From Callorhinchus milii (Eukaryota), in NCBI RefSeq assembly GCF_018977255.1, contig NW_024704742.1:94800001-94864000 (forward strand): a stretch of DNA of 64,000 nt. Direction: 5' to 3'. Positions 50,131 through 63,080 of this stretch are shown piece by piece. The notes under the pieces are model-generated. The model was given only the letters and a program-made list of their open reading frames with translations, was not told where the DNA came from and ran no database searches. The position numbers were made by a program, and so were the translations under genes. The stretch's first letter is position 1. Every line of letters begins with the position of its first letter.

Positions 50131-50877
50131 AAATTTAGTTCAGGTGAAGGAATAGAGGAATTCACGGTAATAGAATTTAATTTTGGTATTGATTGTGTTT
50201 GTGGTCTGTTTTTGGTCGCTATTTCCTTGAATCATTCCACATCTGGACAAGGGAGAGTGTTTTTTTCCCTCTTAATGGCCAGATCAGTCTGTATTCTCAA
50301 TTGGTATAATAAGGGACAAGAAATACATCTATTTTCCGATGTGATTAGAGAATCTTACATGCAAACCTGTGGTATTTGGGTTTTTACCCCTGGTTTTAGT
50401 TATCATACTTAATCCAGTCTTAAAAGTCAAGAAGCCAAAAGCCCAAAATGAACTCATCTCCATCTTATATGTATTTATGTGTGTTCGCTCAGTAAATTTC
50501 TTGGGATTCTGAGTCGGGTGGTTGAAACTATTCTACGATGTAATGAAGGTATATTGACCTCAAAGTGAAGTTAATGCATTTTAAGCATATAAACATTGCA
50601 GCAAATGACGCTGTGTTGGCAATCCTCGAATGGTATGCTGGCTTGGCAGTGCAATAGGAACTTTGTCTTCTGTCTCTGAGGTCATGGGCTTTAAGAAACA
50701 ACACAGGCTTACAGCCAGTTTGTCAAATATTTGGTGAATTTAATCAAGTCTTAACTAATTTATGTGGTAGGGCTTCATGCCCAGAAAAAATCTGCCGTGA
50801 GTTCCCAGCCACCCAGTAACAAGAGAAAACTAGAGGGAGCCTACAATAATTCCCATGTGACCTCCACCTGCAGGAGA

Positions 50878-51245
50878 ATAATAATAATCTTTACATTAGG
50901 TATGTACCTTTTAAGCTGGGAGGACATCCCAGAGCACTTCATAGGATATACTGTAAAGTGGAGTGACTGTGGTATTATTTTATGGATGAATGTGGTAGCC
51001 AATTGCACACAACAATGCCCCACAACCTGCCATGAAGTGAGTGACCAATTTTATTTGGGGGATTATTTGCCAGGACACTGGAAGAAACTTCCTTCACTTT
51101 TGAAATAGTGTCATGAGATCTTTAACATCCATATGAGAGACAGATGAACCACGGTTTAACATCTCAACTGAAGCATGGCATTTCCAACAACGGAGCAAAC
51201 CCGCAGCACTGCTTGGAGTTTTATCTTAGACTACATGAGTTCCAA
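50878..51245 (-). mobile_element. Deu-domain SINE
   Basis: GAGATGTTAAACC..GATGTTAAAGATCTCATGACACT core plus 3' block and tail. Confidence 0.8.
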
Positions 51246-51327
51246 GACCTGTCGTAAGACCCCACTCCACAACATTCACAAATCAAACTCATATATACAG
51301 GTAATTTCATCTCTGTCTGTACATATA

Positions 51328-54300
51328 ACAACAACAACAACAATGACAACAACTTGGATTTATATAGGGCCCTCCATGCCGGATGGCGTCTCAGAGCGCT
51401 TTACAGTAATGGATCCTAGTGCCGAGCCAGGGGGAGGGGGAGGAACAACAACAACAAGATTCCATTTATGGAGCGCCTTTCACTTCGGGAGGACGTCCCA
51501 AGGCGCCAGGTCAGTTGGGTCAGGACCCGAGCAGTGGGGAAATGGTCAGGGTGAGGGGAGGAAGGGAACGAGGAGGGGTTAGAGAGTTGAGAAGGGAGCT
51601 GAAGACACGGTCAAAGAGAAAGGTCTTGAGACCAGCCTTGAAGGAGCAAAGGGAGGAAGCAAGGGAAGGCACTGGGGGATGGAGTTCCAGAGCCTAGGGA
51701 CTGAGAGGCTGAAGGCCCGGCCACCAATGGTAGGGCGGTTGGGGTGGGGGATGTGGAGCAGATCGGAGTCAGAGGAATAGAGGGTAAAAGGGGGGATAGT
51801 AGGTCGGAGAGGTAGGAGGGAGCAAGGCCGTAAATGGCCTTGTAGGTGAGGATGAGGATCTTAAAATCGATCCTCTGGGGGATGGGGAGCCATTGGAGGC
51901 GAGCGAGGGTGGGAGTGATGTGGTCGCGAAGCCTGGTGCGGGACAGTACATGAGCTGCAGAGTTCTGAATGACCTGCAGCTTGTGGAGGGACGTGGCGGG
52001 AAGGCCGGCGAGGAGAGAGTTCCCATAGTCCAGCCTTGAGGTGATAAAGGTGTGGACCAGAGTTTCAGCAGCGTGAGGGGTGAGGTAGTGCCGTAGTCTG
52101 GCGATGTTTTGGAGGTGATGGAAGGCGGTGCCAGTTGTGGCGCGGATATGAGGAAGAAAGGACAGCTCAGGGTCGAACAGAACGTCAAGGTTCCTGACTG
52201 GCTTTGAGAGGTGGAGAGTGCAGCCTTGGATGCTGATGCTGTCAGTGCTGACGTGAGCCAATCAGGAGGGCCTCAGTTTTGCGCACGTTGAGCTGAAGAA
52301 AGTTATCTCTCGTCCAAGACTCTATGTCGGACAGGCAGGCTGTCAGGACATCAGTGGTCGTGGAGTTAAGGGTAGAGGAGGAAAGGTAGAGTTGGGTGTC
52401 ATCTGCATACATGTGGAAGTTAACCCCATGTCGAAGGTGGTGACCGAAGGCGCGGTCGAAGAGAAAGGTCTTCAGCAGGGACCTGAAAATAGGAAGAGAG
52501 GGAGCGAGGTGAAGGGAGTGAGGAAGGGGGTTCCAAAGCCTTGGAGCATAGTGGCTGAAGACACGGCTGCCGAGGGTGGAGCAGAGGACTCGGGGGACGA
52601 GGAGTCCAGACCCGGAGGAATGAAGGCAACGGGTACTGTTTTGAGGAGAGAGGAGATCAGAGAGTTAAGGGGGTGCAGAGGAGTGGAGGGATTTGAATAC
52701 AAAGGTGAGGATCTTGAAGTCGATCCTCTCTGGGATAGGCAGCCAGTGCAGTCTGGCAAGGACTGGGGTGATCGGGGAGCGGAGTTTGGTGCGGGTGAGA
52801 ATGCAGGCGGCAGAGTTTTGAATGATCTGGATTTTATGGATGGTAGTGGATGGGAGACCGGCAAGGAGGGCGTTAGAGTAGTCCAGCCGAGAGGTGACAA
52901 AAGCACGGACCAGCGGCTTTCGGAGAGAGGTAATGGCGGAGGCGGGAGATGCGTCAGAGGTAGAAGAAGGCGGTGCTGGTGAGGGACCAGATGTGGGAGA
53001 GGAAGAATAATTGGGGGTCGAACCTGACGCCTAGGTTGCGTACGGGTTCAGAGAGTTTTAGGGGAAGGTCGGGTAGGTGGAGGAGGTGAGAGCCATGAGA
53101 ATTTAGACGTTGACGAGAGCCAAAGAGTATGGCTTCCGTCTTGTCAACGTTCAGCTGAAGGAAATTTGCGCTCATCCAGCTCCTGAGATCTGACTGGCAG
53201 GCTCACAGAACATCAGGGGACTGGGGGTCGCAAAGCGAGGTGGAAAAATAGAGTTGGGTGTCGTCCGCATACATGTGGAAATGTACCCCGTGTCTGCGGA
53301 TGATATTCCCAAGAGGGAGCATATAGATCAGAAAGAGGAGGGGGCCAAGGATGGATCCATGGGGTACCCCGCAGGTAACTGGGTGAGAGCGGGAGGAGAA
53401 GCCGTTTGTGCAGATGTACTGCTGGCGGTTCGTGCGGTAGGACTCGAACCAGGCGAGTGCGGTCCCACTGAGGTGGATGATGGAAGAAAGGCGGTGGAGG
53501 AGGATGGCGTGATCAACTGTGTCAAACGCCGCGGAGAGGACCAGTAGGACAAAGAGGCAAACGGAGCCCTGGTTACAGATAGAGAGGATGTCGCTTGTGA
53601 CTTTCACAAGTGCAGTCTCTGTACTGTGGTCAGGGCGGAAGCTGGATTGGAGGGGTTTGAAGATGGAATGGGAGGAGAGGTGTGCGCGGAGTTGATTGCC
53701 AACAATGCATTCGAGGACTTTTGCGAGGAAGGGCAGGTTAGAAATCGGGCGGTAGTGGCTGGAGTTTGAGGGATCTAGGAAGGTTTTTTGAGGAAGGGGG
53801 TGATTACAGCAGTTTTGAGGGGGGGGCAGGGACTGATCCGGAGGAGAGGGACTGATTGATGACATTAACCAGTAGTGGGCAGAGGAGGGAGAGCTGGGTG
53901 ACCAGCAAGTTGGTGGGGAGGGAGTCGAGGCAGCCGGTGGTGGTTTCATGGAGGTGATGGTAGGTGAGAGGGAGGAGGGAGAGATGGGGAGGAAGGAATG
54001 TAGGATGGGGGTGGTGGTAGGAGCAGATGATAAGGAGGGTGAGGGAGACAGAGAGGGCATGGTGGTGAGTGACAAGAGGCAGGTGGATGAGGCTGCCTGG
54101 CGGATGTTGTAAATTTTAGATGAGAAGAAGTCCATGACCTCCTCGCACTTGGCAATTGATGTTGAGGAGATTGAGGAGGTCTGAGAGGGGGCATGGAGGA
54201 GGTAGTGGGTGGTGGAAAAAAGGATTTTAGGGTTGTGTTTAGCCTCCAAGATGATGTTGGAGTAGAAGGCCATTTTTGCACATGTCAAAGAACGGCGGTA

Positions 54301-55760
54301 GCTGTGGAGATGCTCGAGCCACAGTTGGCGGTGAACTGTCAGGCCAGTTTTCCACCATCTGTGCTCGAGCAGATGGGTTTGGGTTTTTTGGCGGCGGAGA
54401 TGGTTGTCGTACCAGGGGGATCGGTTGGTTTGGAGATGGTTCTGGATTTTAGGGGCATGAGGGAGTTGAAGATGGAGGAGAGGCGATCATGGAACAGCTG
54501 GACGGCTGCTTCAGGGTCTCCGCGGGTGGACGACCAGAGGGATAGGATGTTTGATGATGCGAGGGGCTTTGTGAGGGTCTCAGAGAGTAGCCTTTTCCAG
54601 GGGCGGTAGAGGTTGGTTAAGGGCTTGGTGGAAGAGAGAGGGATGTGAGAGGAGAAGGAGATGAAAAAATGGTCCGAGATGGCCTTGTCCACTAGGCTTA
54701 GGTCAGAAATGTCAAGGCCATGGGTGATAACGAGGTCAAGTGCATGACCACGGTTGTGGGTGGGTAAATTTATATGAAGGGTGAGGTTTAGGGAGGAGAG
54801 GAGGGCAGTGAAATCGGCAGAAGTGGTGGGAGTTTAGGTGGAGGTTGAAATCACCCATTATGAGCAGAGGGACAGGGAATAGAGGAGAGTAGAGATGTTT
54901 GTGTGGATGGAGCCAGGGGGCTTAGGGGGTGGTAGACAAGGAGGATTTTCAATGGGAGAGAGGGGTGGAAGAGGGTGAGGTGTTCGAAGGAGGGGAAGTA
55001 GCCAGAGGAGGAGGGCGAAAGACCAAGGGAGGCTTTGGAAATGAAGGCCACCCCGCCACCATGCTGGTTTGGATGGGGGGTGTGGTGGAAGGTATTGCCT
55101 GAAGGGGAGGCTTCCACTAGGGTACAGGGTCACCCAGGTTTCGGTGAGACCAAGAATGTCAAGGTACTTATCCAGGATGAGGTCATGGATGATGAGGGCT
55201 TTATTTGAGAGGGAACGGATGTTTTGGAGGGAAATGCGGATGGGTTTGCTGGAGGGAGGGGAGGGAGGAGAGGGAGGAGAGAGTGATGCGGAGAGGATTT
55301 TTGGGTGTACAGGAGAGATGGCTGTGGAGTGTGGTGGGAGTGGAGAGTTCGGGAGGGTACGTATGAGGGAGGGGGAAGTTGGGTTTGCCTTAAGGAGGCA
55401 GTTTGAGCAGAGGGAGTGAATGATGGGACATTTGGGGTTGCTGCTCTGGAACAGCCAGTGCCGGGAGCCACGATGGGCCCGGCAGAGGATGCCCAGGCTG
55501 GAGCAGAGGAAAGTGGTGATGGGGTCGAGGAGAGAGAGAAGGTGGGGAGGGCGGTGGGAGAGAAGGACAGAGGGGGAGTAGCAGATAGAGGGGGGTGGGA
55601 GGAGAGATATTTAGAGTGGAGGGGGAGGCTTGGGTCGGGGCGGCACCCAAAACACGCACACAGAGACCAGGAGCGAGCGATCAGTGGGACGGCATCAGCC
55701 CTCAGGCTGTGTGGTCATGGCGAGGATGGCAGTGACAGTGTCTGCCAGGACATTGTTGCT
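51328..55760 (-). mobile_element. Near-full-length L2 family B (single EN-RT ORF, frameshifted); 3' tail at 51328-51444 separated from the body by a nested L2
   Basis: LQNIRSLSNK, LTETW, GGGVA, MGDFN, GHALDLV, ISDH, YRPISNLPFLAKVLE, STETAL, AFDTVDH, GVPHGSILGP, YADDTQLY, VRNLGV; candidate ATG at 55753. Confidence 0.95.
51445..52430 (-). mobile_element. L2 family A (RT C-terminus to tail) nested in the family B 3' UTR
   Basis: HMYADDTQLY, ORF 51611-52261, hairpin and (TTG)n; family B sequence resumes at ~52433. Confidence 0.95.
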
Positions 55761-55789
55761 GTTGTTGTTCTTGCTGGTTTTTTAACTGT

Positions 55790-55955
55790 AATGTCACGCC
55801 GACGTCACTTTGTGAATCGCAGCCCCCCCACCCCACCACCCCCACCCCCGCCCCATCACCTACCTCAGCTCCTGAATGAGTGGCTCCTCACCTGGCTGTG
55901 CTTTATACGCAGCTAGGCCTCGGCTACGCCCTGCGCTCTCCTGACTACGCTTCCA
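55790..55955 (-). promoter_or_regulatory. CpG-containing promoter-like segment 5' of the L2 ORF
   Basis: TATAAA 55907-55902, GGGGCGGGG 55854-55846, TGACGTC 55807-55801; motif presence only. Confidence 0.3.
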
Positions 55956-56759
55956 TCATACTGTTTTTCTATATCCATCAATGCAATTCTCAAACATTTA
56001 CCATTCATTCATTTTTGATTCTGTATCCTGTCTTCATAGGCCTTAATGCCTATACTGCTACAGTACAACATCTCAGTCAAGATTCAAACCAGTGCTAACT
56101 GTAAGAAACTTTAATAACCTACCATACCACAACAGCAACTTTTATATACAGTATATTAGAGCAGGCACATGGACCTCAGGGCAGGAAGGCTTGAGGGGTG
56201 GAGCCTATGGCTTCTTAAGTAGGTGATGACATCCCCATCTGCCTCTTATCCGGGGGCTGTGCTGAGAAGGGTGGAGGCCCTGCGAGCACGAGGCTACCTG
56301 GCTGGCCTGAGGTTGTTTAATATTTAGAGCAGGTGGGGTATTGCAAGTGGGTATGTAAGAGGGGTAGCAGGCACTGATCATGGTACCTGCAGCCCTGGTT
56401 ATTGTGTGTTCTGGATTTCCCCCCCTCCCCCAAGAGATTAACCCTGTATTATAATGAGAGTCTTTGTGGGCTTCTTTATCTACTTCTGGCTCAGGGCGGG
56501 GGTGGTGGGGTGGAATGTCCATGCTACAATATACTGCACTTCACTTGGGGTAGTGTCTAACCTGCAATCCCAAGTGAAACAATGAAGAAGAGAAATTAGT
56601 GGACATGCAACACACAACCTAGGGAAGAGGGACTCAACAAGCTTGTATAAATTAGCTGGTATAAATACCAGCCAAATATGCATTGACCTGCATCTAAATA
56701 TTGGTCTGGTATCTTGGTACAAGTGGTTTGCAATCCTAACACTGAGTGTACTACAAATG

Positions 56760-57045
56760 CAATACTCAGTTGCATTTCCAGCTTGGTTCAATTTTTCCTT
56801 GGTATCTTCCTTACTTCAGCATTCTCGGATGCCACAGGCTATCTAGACAAGAGGTTTTCATTCAGAGCTAAAAACAAGCTGTTCAACTTGGAACAACTGC
56901 AAGTTAGGACAAAGGGGAAAGAGAAATCATCAGAGCACTGCTCTTTGCAACAAGATGTCCAGGAGATTACAAACAGATTGCAGAGGTAGTGAGTCGCTTC
57001 AGATTTACCATCAACCTTGAGAAAACAAAAGTGATGTTCCAACAG
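56760..57045 (+). mobile_element. RTE-clade LINE RT fragment, ancient
   Basis: FSFRAKNKLFNLEQLQVRTK..IRALLFA..FTINLEKTKVMFQ resembles RTE/BovB RT motifs. Confidence 0.7.
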
Positions 57046-57264
57046 TTCCATGAAATTGGAAAAAACATAGCATGAAATTAATGCATGACATGCTTCTTCA
57101 TTCCAGTATTCTCTATCCACTACAGAATTAAGCTGAGTCCATTTAAGATGTCTTGATGTCAATTACATTGATTACTAAATGACTTTGGGTCATTTCCCAC
57201 CCCGTGAAATTATGTTTTAAAATGCTTTTAGTGTACTTTGCAGACCTCATCTGTTTTTTTCAGT

Positions 57265-57696
57265 CGCTTACGCAAATCACCATCTGGAATACTGTGGGCT
57301 GTTCTGGTCACCTAATAATAGGAAGGATATTATTGCCCTTGAGAGAGTTCAGTGGGGAACAACCAAGATGACTCTAGGTACTAGGAATTTAAGTTATGAT
57401 TAAAGGTTAATCAAGTTGGGTTTGTTAGTTGGAAAAGAGCAGACATTTGGGTGACATCATTGATTTGTTAGAGATTGTGAAGGAAATGACAAATTTGATC
57501 TAGGCAATTTGCTTGCTGGGGGTGAAGGGTTAAAATTCCATGGAATTAGGAGCTAGAAGGAAGTCAAGTGGAGCTTTTTCACTCAAATACTATTATATTT
57601 ATTGAAGTACCAGGATCATCGATGCTGACAGTCGAGTATAAATAGGCTCAGGATAGAAGTATACACTTTTGGAGCAAGAAGAGATTGAGGAATAGA
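57265..57696 (+). mobile_element. Old CR1 ORF2 C-terminus
   Basis: PHLEYCGLFWSP..KDIIALERVQ. Confidence 0.8.
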
Positions 57697-57935
57697 TCAT
57701 ACAAGATCACAAGATTGATTCGGATGGAGAAGGACAATCAGCCCACCTGAACTCATCCCTCCAGTACACCCAAACTACCATCCCCCCATCACATCATCAA
57801 GCTGCTTTTAGATGATTCCAGGGTCCTGGGCTCAACCACCCTTCTTGACAACCTGTTCCAGTCATTAATTACCCTCTGAGTAAAGAAAACCTTCTGATAT
57901 CTGTTCTGCACTTACCATTTACGAATTGAAACTTC
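57697..57935 (-). mobile_element. CR1 3' end
   Basis: Same family as 36541-36855. Confidence 0.75.
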
Positions 57936-58254
57936 TAAATATAAGGAATGTAAGAAGGCAGATAAGCTTGATCTTGCTTTGATCAAAAAGGGATTGACTT
58001 GTTGGGAGTTAATCCTTTACCTGTTGCTATCAAAGCTTATGTTTTTATGGCATTATAAGCTATCTTTGTTTATTGGATCTTATTTTGAACTTTGAGTTAG
58101 AATAGGAAAATTCTTTGGTCAGGAACATCCTCCCCTTCTGTGTGTTTTAAGCCATTGGTCAAGAAAAAGTTTACGCTGTGACTGATGGGTGTAATCCAGG
58201 TGGACATTTCTTTCTTCAAAGGATTATAAAAAGGCTTGCCAGATCAATTTCAGA

Positions 58255-58425
58255 TTATAATAATAATACTAATAATCCTTGCATTTGATAAAGTGTCTTA
58301 TCACATCTTCAAGACGTCTTAAAGTGCTTCACAGAATATACTGTAAAGTGAATTGACTGTATATTTTGTGGGCAAAATGTATCCCACAAGCAGTCATAGA
58401 TTGAATGACCAAATTATTATTATTA
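58255..58425 (-). mobile_element. SINE 3' half
   Basis: (AAT)n CCTTGCATTTGAT..CTGTAAAGTGAATTGACTG. Confidence 0.85.
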
Positions 58426-58677
58426 GATTCTAGGTATGCAACTGCTGTGATTGCCTCACATGCTCAAGATGGATCTTCAGGAATGCATCAGTGAGTATTC
58501 AGGTAGATGATACCAAGATTATAAGACCTTACCTATGCTAACCAACAATCCCCCAAATTAAATAGGTCATTCACTTCATTACTGTTTGGCCATATTGCTG
58601 TATGCAAATTGTTTGCAGCAATTAACTGGAAATACATTGTCACTATATTTCAATATATGAAGTTCTTTGAAACATCG

Positions 58678-58935
58678 TGGAGTCCTGCAGTGTGTTGGTT
58701 AGAACACTTGCTTCATAAGCAGGAAAATCTGGGTTTGATTCCCAGGCAGGGTAAAACCTTAGGCAAGTTAACTTACTCCACTTAGATAAACACCTAATGG
58801 TAAATAGGAACTTGGTTGTTAGTCGATTTGTGGATTGCTTTCTGGGGGTAACAATCCCGTAAAAAAAATTGGTCATTCAATCCACGACTGTATGTGCGAT
58901 AAGTAATTTTTATATCAAATGCAAGTATTATTATT
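58678..58935 (+). mobile_element. tRNA-derived SINE, long variant with 3' deletion
   Basis: GGAGTCCTGCAG head, AACCTTAGGCAAG, GTAAATAGGAACTTGGTTGTTAGTCGA. Confidence 0.8.
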
Positions 58936-60119
58936 ACCCACTTGATTTAAAAGATGCTCTATCAAATGTAAGGATTCTTATTACTATATTATTACGCTGA
59001 GATTTTACAGAGCTTGTAAGTTCCAGTATATGGGTCTATCAGCACCAATTTTCAGTGCTTCGATAGAATACCCCACATGAGGGGAGTTGAACAAGTTACT
59101 GTGTTGATTAGAGTCAACCTTATTCATTCCACAAGGCAGTTAACCAGACTGACATTGGTTTACTGGTTCCTGGCACTGAGCAATTTGAGTTTCCTGAGAT
59201 ACTTCTCTTTTTTAGTTAAAAAAAGCTAATTGGTAAATTCCAGATATTTGTAATTAAGCAGCTATACATAACATGCTTCAAGAGTTGAATGTCCTAAGTT
59301 TCCTGTCTATCCCCTTTCCTGTCTATAAATTCTATTGGTAGCCACAAATTACTTTCCCTTCACTTGAGTTCATTGAGGAAGGATGTTTCACTGTGTGGAG
59401 TCCAAGAAACCTTTGACGTGTTACATTGATAGAACAAAGTTGTTTCACAAAACTTTACAACCTTTTATGCAATATGTGGAATGGCAGTGCAAGTAATGTC
59501 ATTTTAGAATAATGGCTGGCAAAATGGCTATTGGTATAAATTTCACATCTTATCATTAGAAAGCCTAAAGTGAAATAAAGACACTTTACGAAATAACATT
59601 GATTGTCTGGGATAATGTCAAAATGGTTTCTGATGACAGATTTTACAAAGCTGCAACTTGGAGCCACTGATGTACATATATTAATAATTATTTTTGAGAT
59701 GCATCTTGAAAGTCAACTGAAGCTCTGGCTTCACAGAAATTACTGGCTAGCGTAATGGCTCCTTTTGGCAGCAAATGCATCAGCCCATTTGTATCCAAAA
59801 GACCATGAGGGAAAAAAAAACATTTTATTTGGAGGATTGTCATTATGGGATCTTTAACATCCATTTGAAGAACAGACAGAATGCTATTAGCTGTTATTGT
59901 GATTGGAGAGCCAGCTCAGGAGAAATGCTTTTATACCATGGGTGATGTCACATCTAATGCATCGTAACAGTGGTAAGATTTATCCACTGATGATCTAGAT
60001 CGAGAGTTTACCTTTTGCTGTGTGGAAAAAAGCTCTGCTAGGTGGACAATTTAACAAATTACTGATAGCAGGAGGAGGAAATATAAGAGAACAATTAGAA
60101 TTACAAATGAATATCCTAA

Positions 60120-60262
60120 ATGAATATATTGGGAGTTTTCAGCACAGTGACAGCCAGTACAGCCAGTTCAGTATGACAATACTACTAGTTTCGACAGTGA
60201 TCTTTGTGAAGAAGTCTATCATTACTTTGTCAAATGCCTTTTGGAAATCTAAGTACACTATG
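60120..60262 (-). mobile_element. CR1 RT fragment
   Basis: [13 protein letters not shown]. Confidence 0.7.
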
Positions 60263-61069
60263 TGGAGACAAAGAATATTGAACAGCATCATAAAGTGGTG
60301 CAAAAAAGAATAACAACAACAAATTGCATTCATTTCCGGAGGTCTTGTAATGGTTATGTAAATGGATTGAAAAATAGGATAGGGCACTAAATCAGGGAAG
60401 TTTAAATTAAAAATTTTGAATTGCTTATTTACACGCACAAGAACTTTTTATACCATAACAGGATGCAACACGAATTGCATATTTTTGACAGTGCAGTCCT
60501 ATTAAAATAATTTCCATGTCCACAAGTTCAATTCTTCAGAGTATCTAGTTAGCTCCAGTTGGCTTCTGCATATTGTTATTTATTTGCCACTAAAATATTC
60601 TGGAAGTTAAATGATATTACCATATATTCGTATATTGGAACAATTGTTATTTTCTTCATGTATTGTGCTGATTCAGAATTTTATCCATAAAGCAATTTTA
60701 ACAATTCACACATGTAACCTTGCATGACTCTTCATTAACAACTTATACATTTCTCATATATTTCTCCTTCAGGGTATTTAAAATGTATTGCACAATATAT
60801 TAGAAATATGCAAACACTTGAAGTTTGGTGACTTTGAAACTTATTTTATTTTGTTAACAGAGAGGATTAGAAGCAAATACTGAAATGTTGACAGCCACAT
60901 CAATCTAATTGGAGGAACAAAGTGAAATAACATGTCAAAAAGCAACTGGTTTTTATTAAGATACTATTATATTTCTCACACTGCCCTTCATTGACATATC
61001 TTCTCTCTTCATCTGGGAGGGTGGGATTTTATAGACCATCAGTCTTTCTTATGTCAAGTGCTCAAGCTG

Positions 61070-61630
61070 TTGCATAAAAGGTTTGCTGATGACACCTGGC
61101 TATGAGGCCAGGAAATGAGTAAGTGGACACTGACACCGTTCAACCGCAACATTTGGATCTGGATCAAATAAATGAATTGGATAAGGAACACTAGATAGAT
61201 GTTATTGTAAATAGATGCAAGGTAATGCACATTAGAAGAGGAAACGTGAAACGTATTAAGAAATTGCCATTAGGACAGATGGAAAAGAATTTGTGTGTGA
61301 AAATAGTCCGTTCACTGAAAGTATCTAGTCAAATATTAGTACTGGGGTTCATGTGAAGAAGATTTGACTACAGTATAAAGCAAAAGAAAAAGTTCTACAC
61401 TTATATAGATAATTATTGAGGCCAAAGATACAGTAGTTACTGCAACACTGAATGTAACAAGGACTTTGACATAGCGGAACGGGACTGAGACTAAGATACT
61501 GGACACATTTAAGAAACAGTTGGATTGTTGTCATAGGAGGATGGAAGAATGGGTATTATTTTAGAAGGATGAGATCAAATGGGCTGAAGGGTTTTCTTCA
61601 TTTCAAACCTCTCTTGTGATGTCTTGATCA
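61070..61630 (+). mobile_element. Old CR1 fragment (RT to tail, with deletions)
   Basis: FADDT, RCKVMH, tail GATGAGATCAAATGGGCTGAAGGG. Confidence 0.65.
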
Positions 61631-61814
61631 TAAAAGTGCAACAAGGATTATTCCAGGAATAGGGATTCAAGTTATCAAGATACCTTATGGAACTGAATCT
61701 GGTTTAATATATAATACATTACACAATACATTATGTGAATACATAACTAGAAGACTTGAGATGAGAATATATTTCAATCAATAGAATAGAATCTGGTACA
61801 AAACATATTAATAA

Positions 61815-62110
61815 GGGGCAGCCCTGATGGTTTTGTGGTTATAACCACAGTGTATGGACCAGGAGGTCACTGGTACAAATCCTGGTCCTTGCTTAGAAAA
61901 CTATCTAGTTCTATCTTAAAAATAGGTGTTAAGTAAGAAGATTTGTGAAGCCACATAGTTGAACAGTCGCTGGCTCTCATGGTCAAAGCTCACATAGGAA
62001 AAATAACACTTGAGTGAGACATCAGGGGATCACTGGTGACCTGTGAAATTCTAATCCCAAAAGGGAGTCAATGCCTACAAGTGAGTGGAGAACGGAAGAA
62101 AAATTGGCAA
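61815..62110 (+). mobile_element. Ancient SINE (AmnSINE2-like)
   Basis: B-box-like GGTACAAATCC; 3' part resembles the reverse complement of 28075-28150. Confidence 0.4.
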
Positions 62111-62759
62111 TAATAGAAGTAATCGGAGAATAATGCAGAAAAGCAAATATTGATTACTTAATGCAATAATATTTCTATTGTTCATTGTTGCACTCTTCCA
62201 AAAGGATAAAGTTCACTGGAATAATATTTTCATGATATCAATTAGAAAGATTCCCGCTGTGCTCAAAATTGGCTAAATGAAGCCTTTGCCTAAAATCCCT
62301 TCAAAGCATTTTGCATTAGTGAGATCAATGGTTAAGTTGTTTCTGTTACAATCAAGGTGAAAAATTAAACTTTCTTTCAATTGATTATACGATACACTGA
62401 TTTTTTTTAATGACTGATTTAATTTGATTCATTGGCACATTAATTTCCTAAGCTGAATTTGAAAATAAAGATATATAATTCGGCACTTCAGGCCTAAGGG
62501 TGACATTACACTTAATTTATTGGCCAGGTTTCATATTTATGAATTTGAATTACAGAAGGTAAACTTAGTGGAACTCAAAGAATGGATCAGATTTTTGTTA
62601 CATATCATGCATATTCTCCCTGGTTATAAACTGGCACTGCACCAGTGTGAGCCAAGTGAGCCATACTGCTGACACAGTCACTACATTGCACAGTAAATCC
62701 TGTGAAGTCCTTTTATCAGATGAGATTTAAAATCTACCTGCTTAGGTGGACTATTTAAA

Positions 62760-63080
62760 TAATAATAATAATAATAATCCTTGCATTTGATATAGCGCTT
62801 TTCACGTCGGGAAGACGTCCCAAAGCGCTTCACAGAACACACTGTAAAGTGAATTGACTGTATATTTGTGGGCGAACGCGGCAGCCAATTGCGCACAGCA
62901 GTGTCCCACAAACAGTCGCAGATTGAAAATGACCAATTTATTATTATTTTTGGTTTTGGAGGGATTATTATTAGGCGTGTGGAGTAAGGAAACTTGCCCA
63001 AGGTTTCGCCCTGCCTGGAATTGAACTCAGGTCTCTCACTTGCAAAGCGAGTTCTCTAACCACTGAGCTACAGGACTCCA
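62760..63080 (-). mobile_element. Full-length, young tRNA-Ala-like SINE
   Basis: A box TAGCTCAGTGG (63070-63060), anticodon arm CTCGC-TTTGCAA-GTGAG, B box GTTCAATTCC (63026-63017), intact CpGs and hairpin, (TTA)n. Confidence 0.95.

Noticed and set aside
50620..50830. Possible LF-SINE-like relic
   Set aside because: Only weak patchy resemblance; needs nhmmer
53203..54288. 361-aa ORF as a functional reverse transcriptase
   Set aside because: It drifts out of the L2 frame in the middle and is flanked by frameshifts; the copy is dead
1870..55760. Strand bias of L2 insertions (more on minus)
   Set aside because: About 2:1 among ~19 copies; too few to be meaningful
63010..63080. tRNA-Ala gene
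   Set aside because: No proper acceptor stem or T-run terminator; it continues into the SINE body
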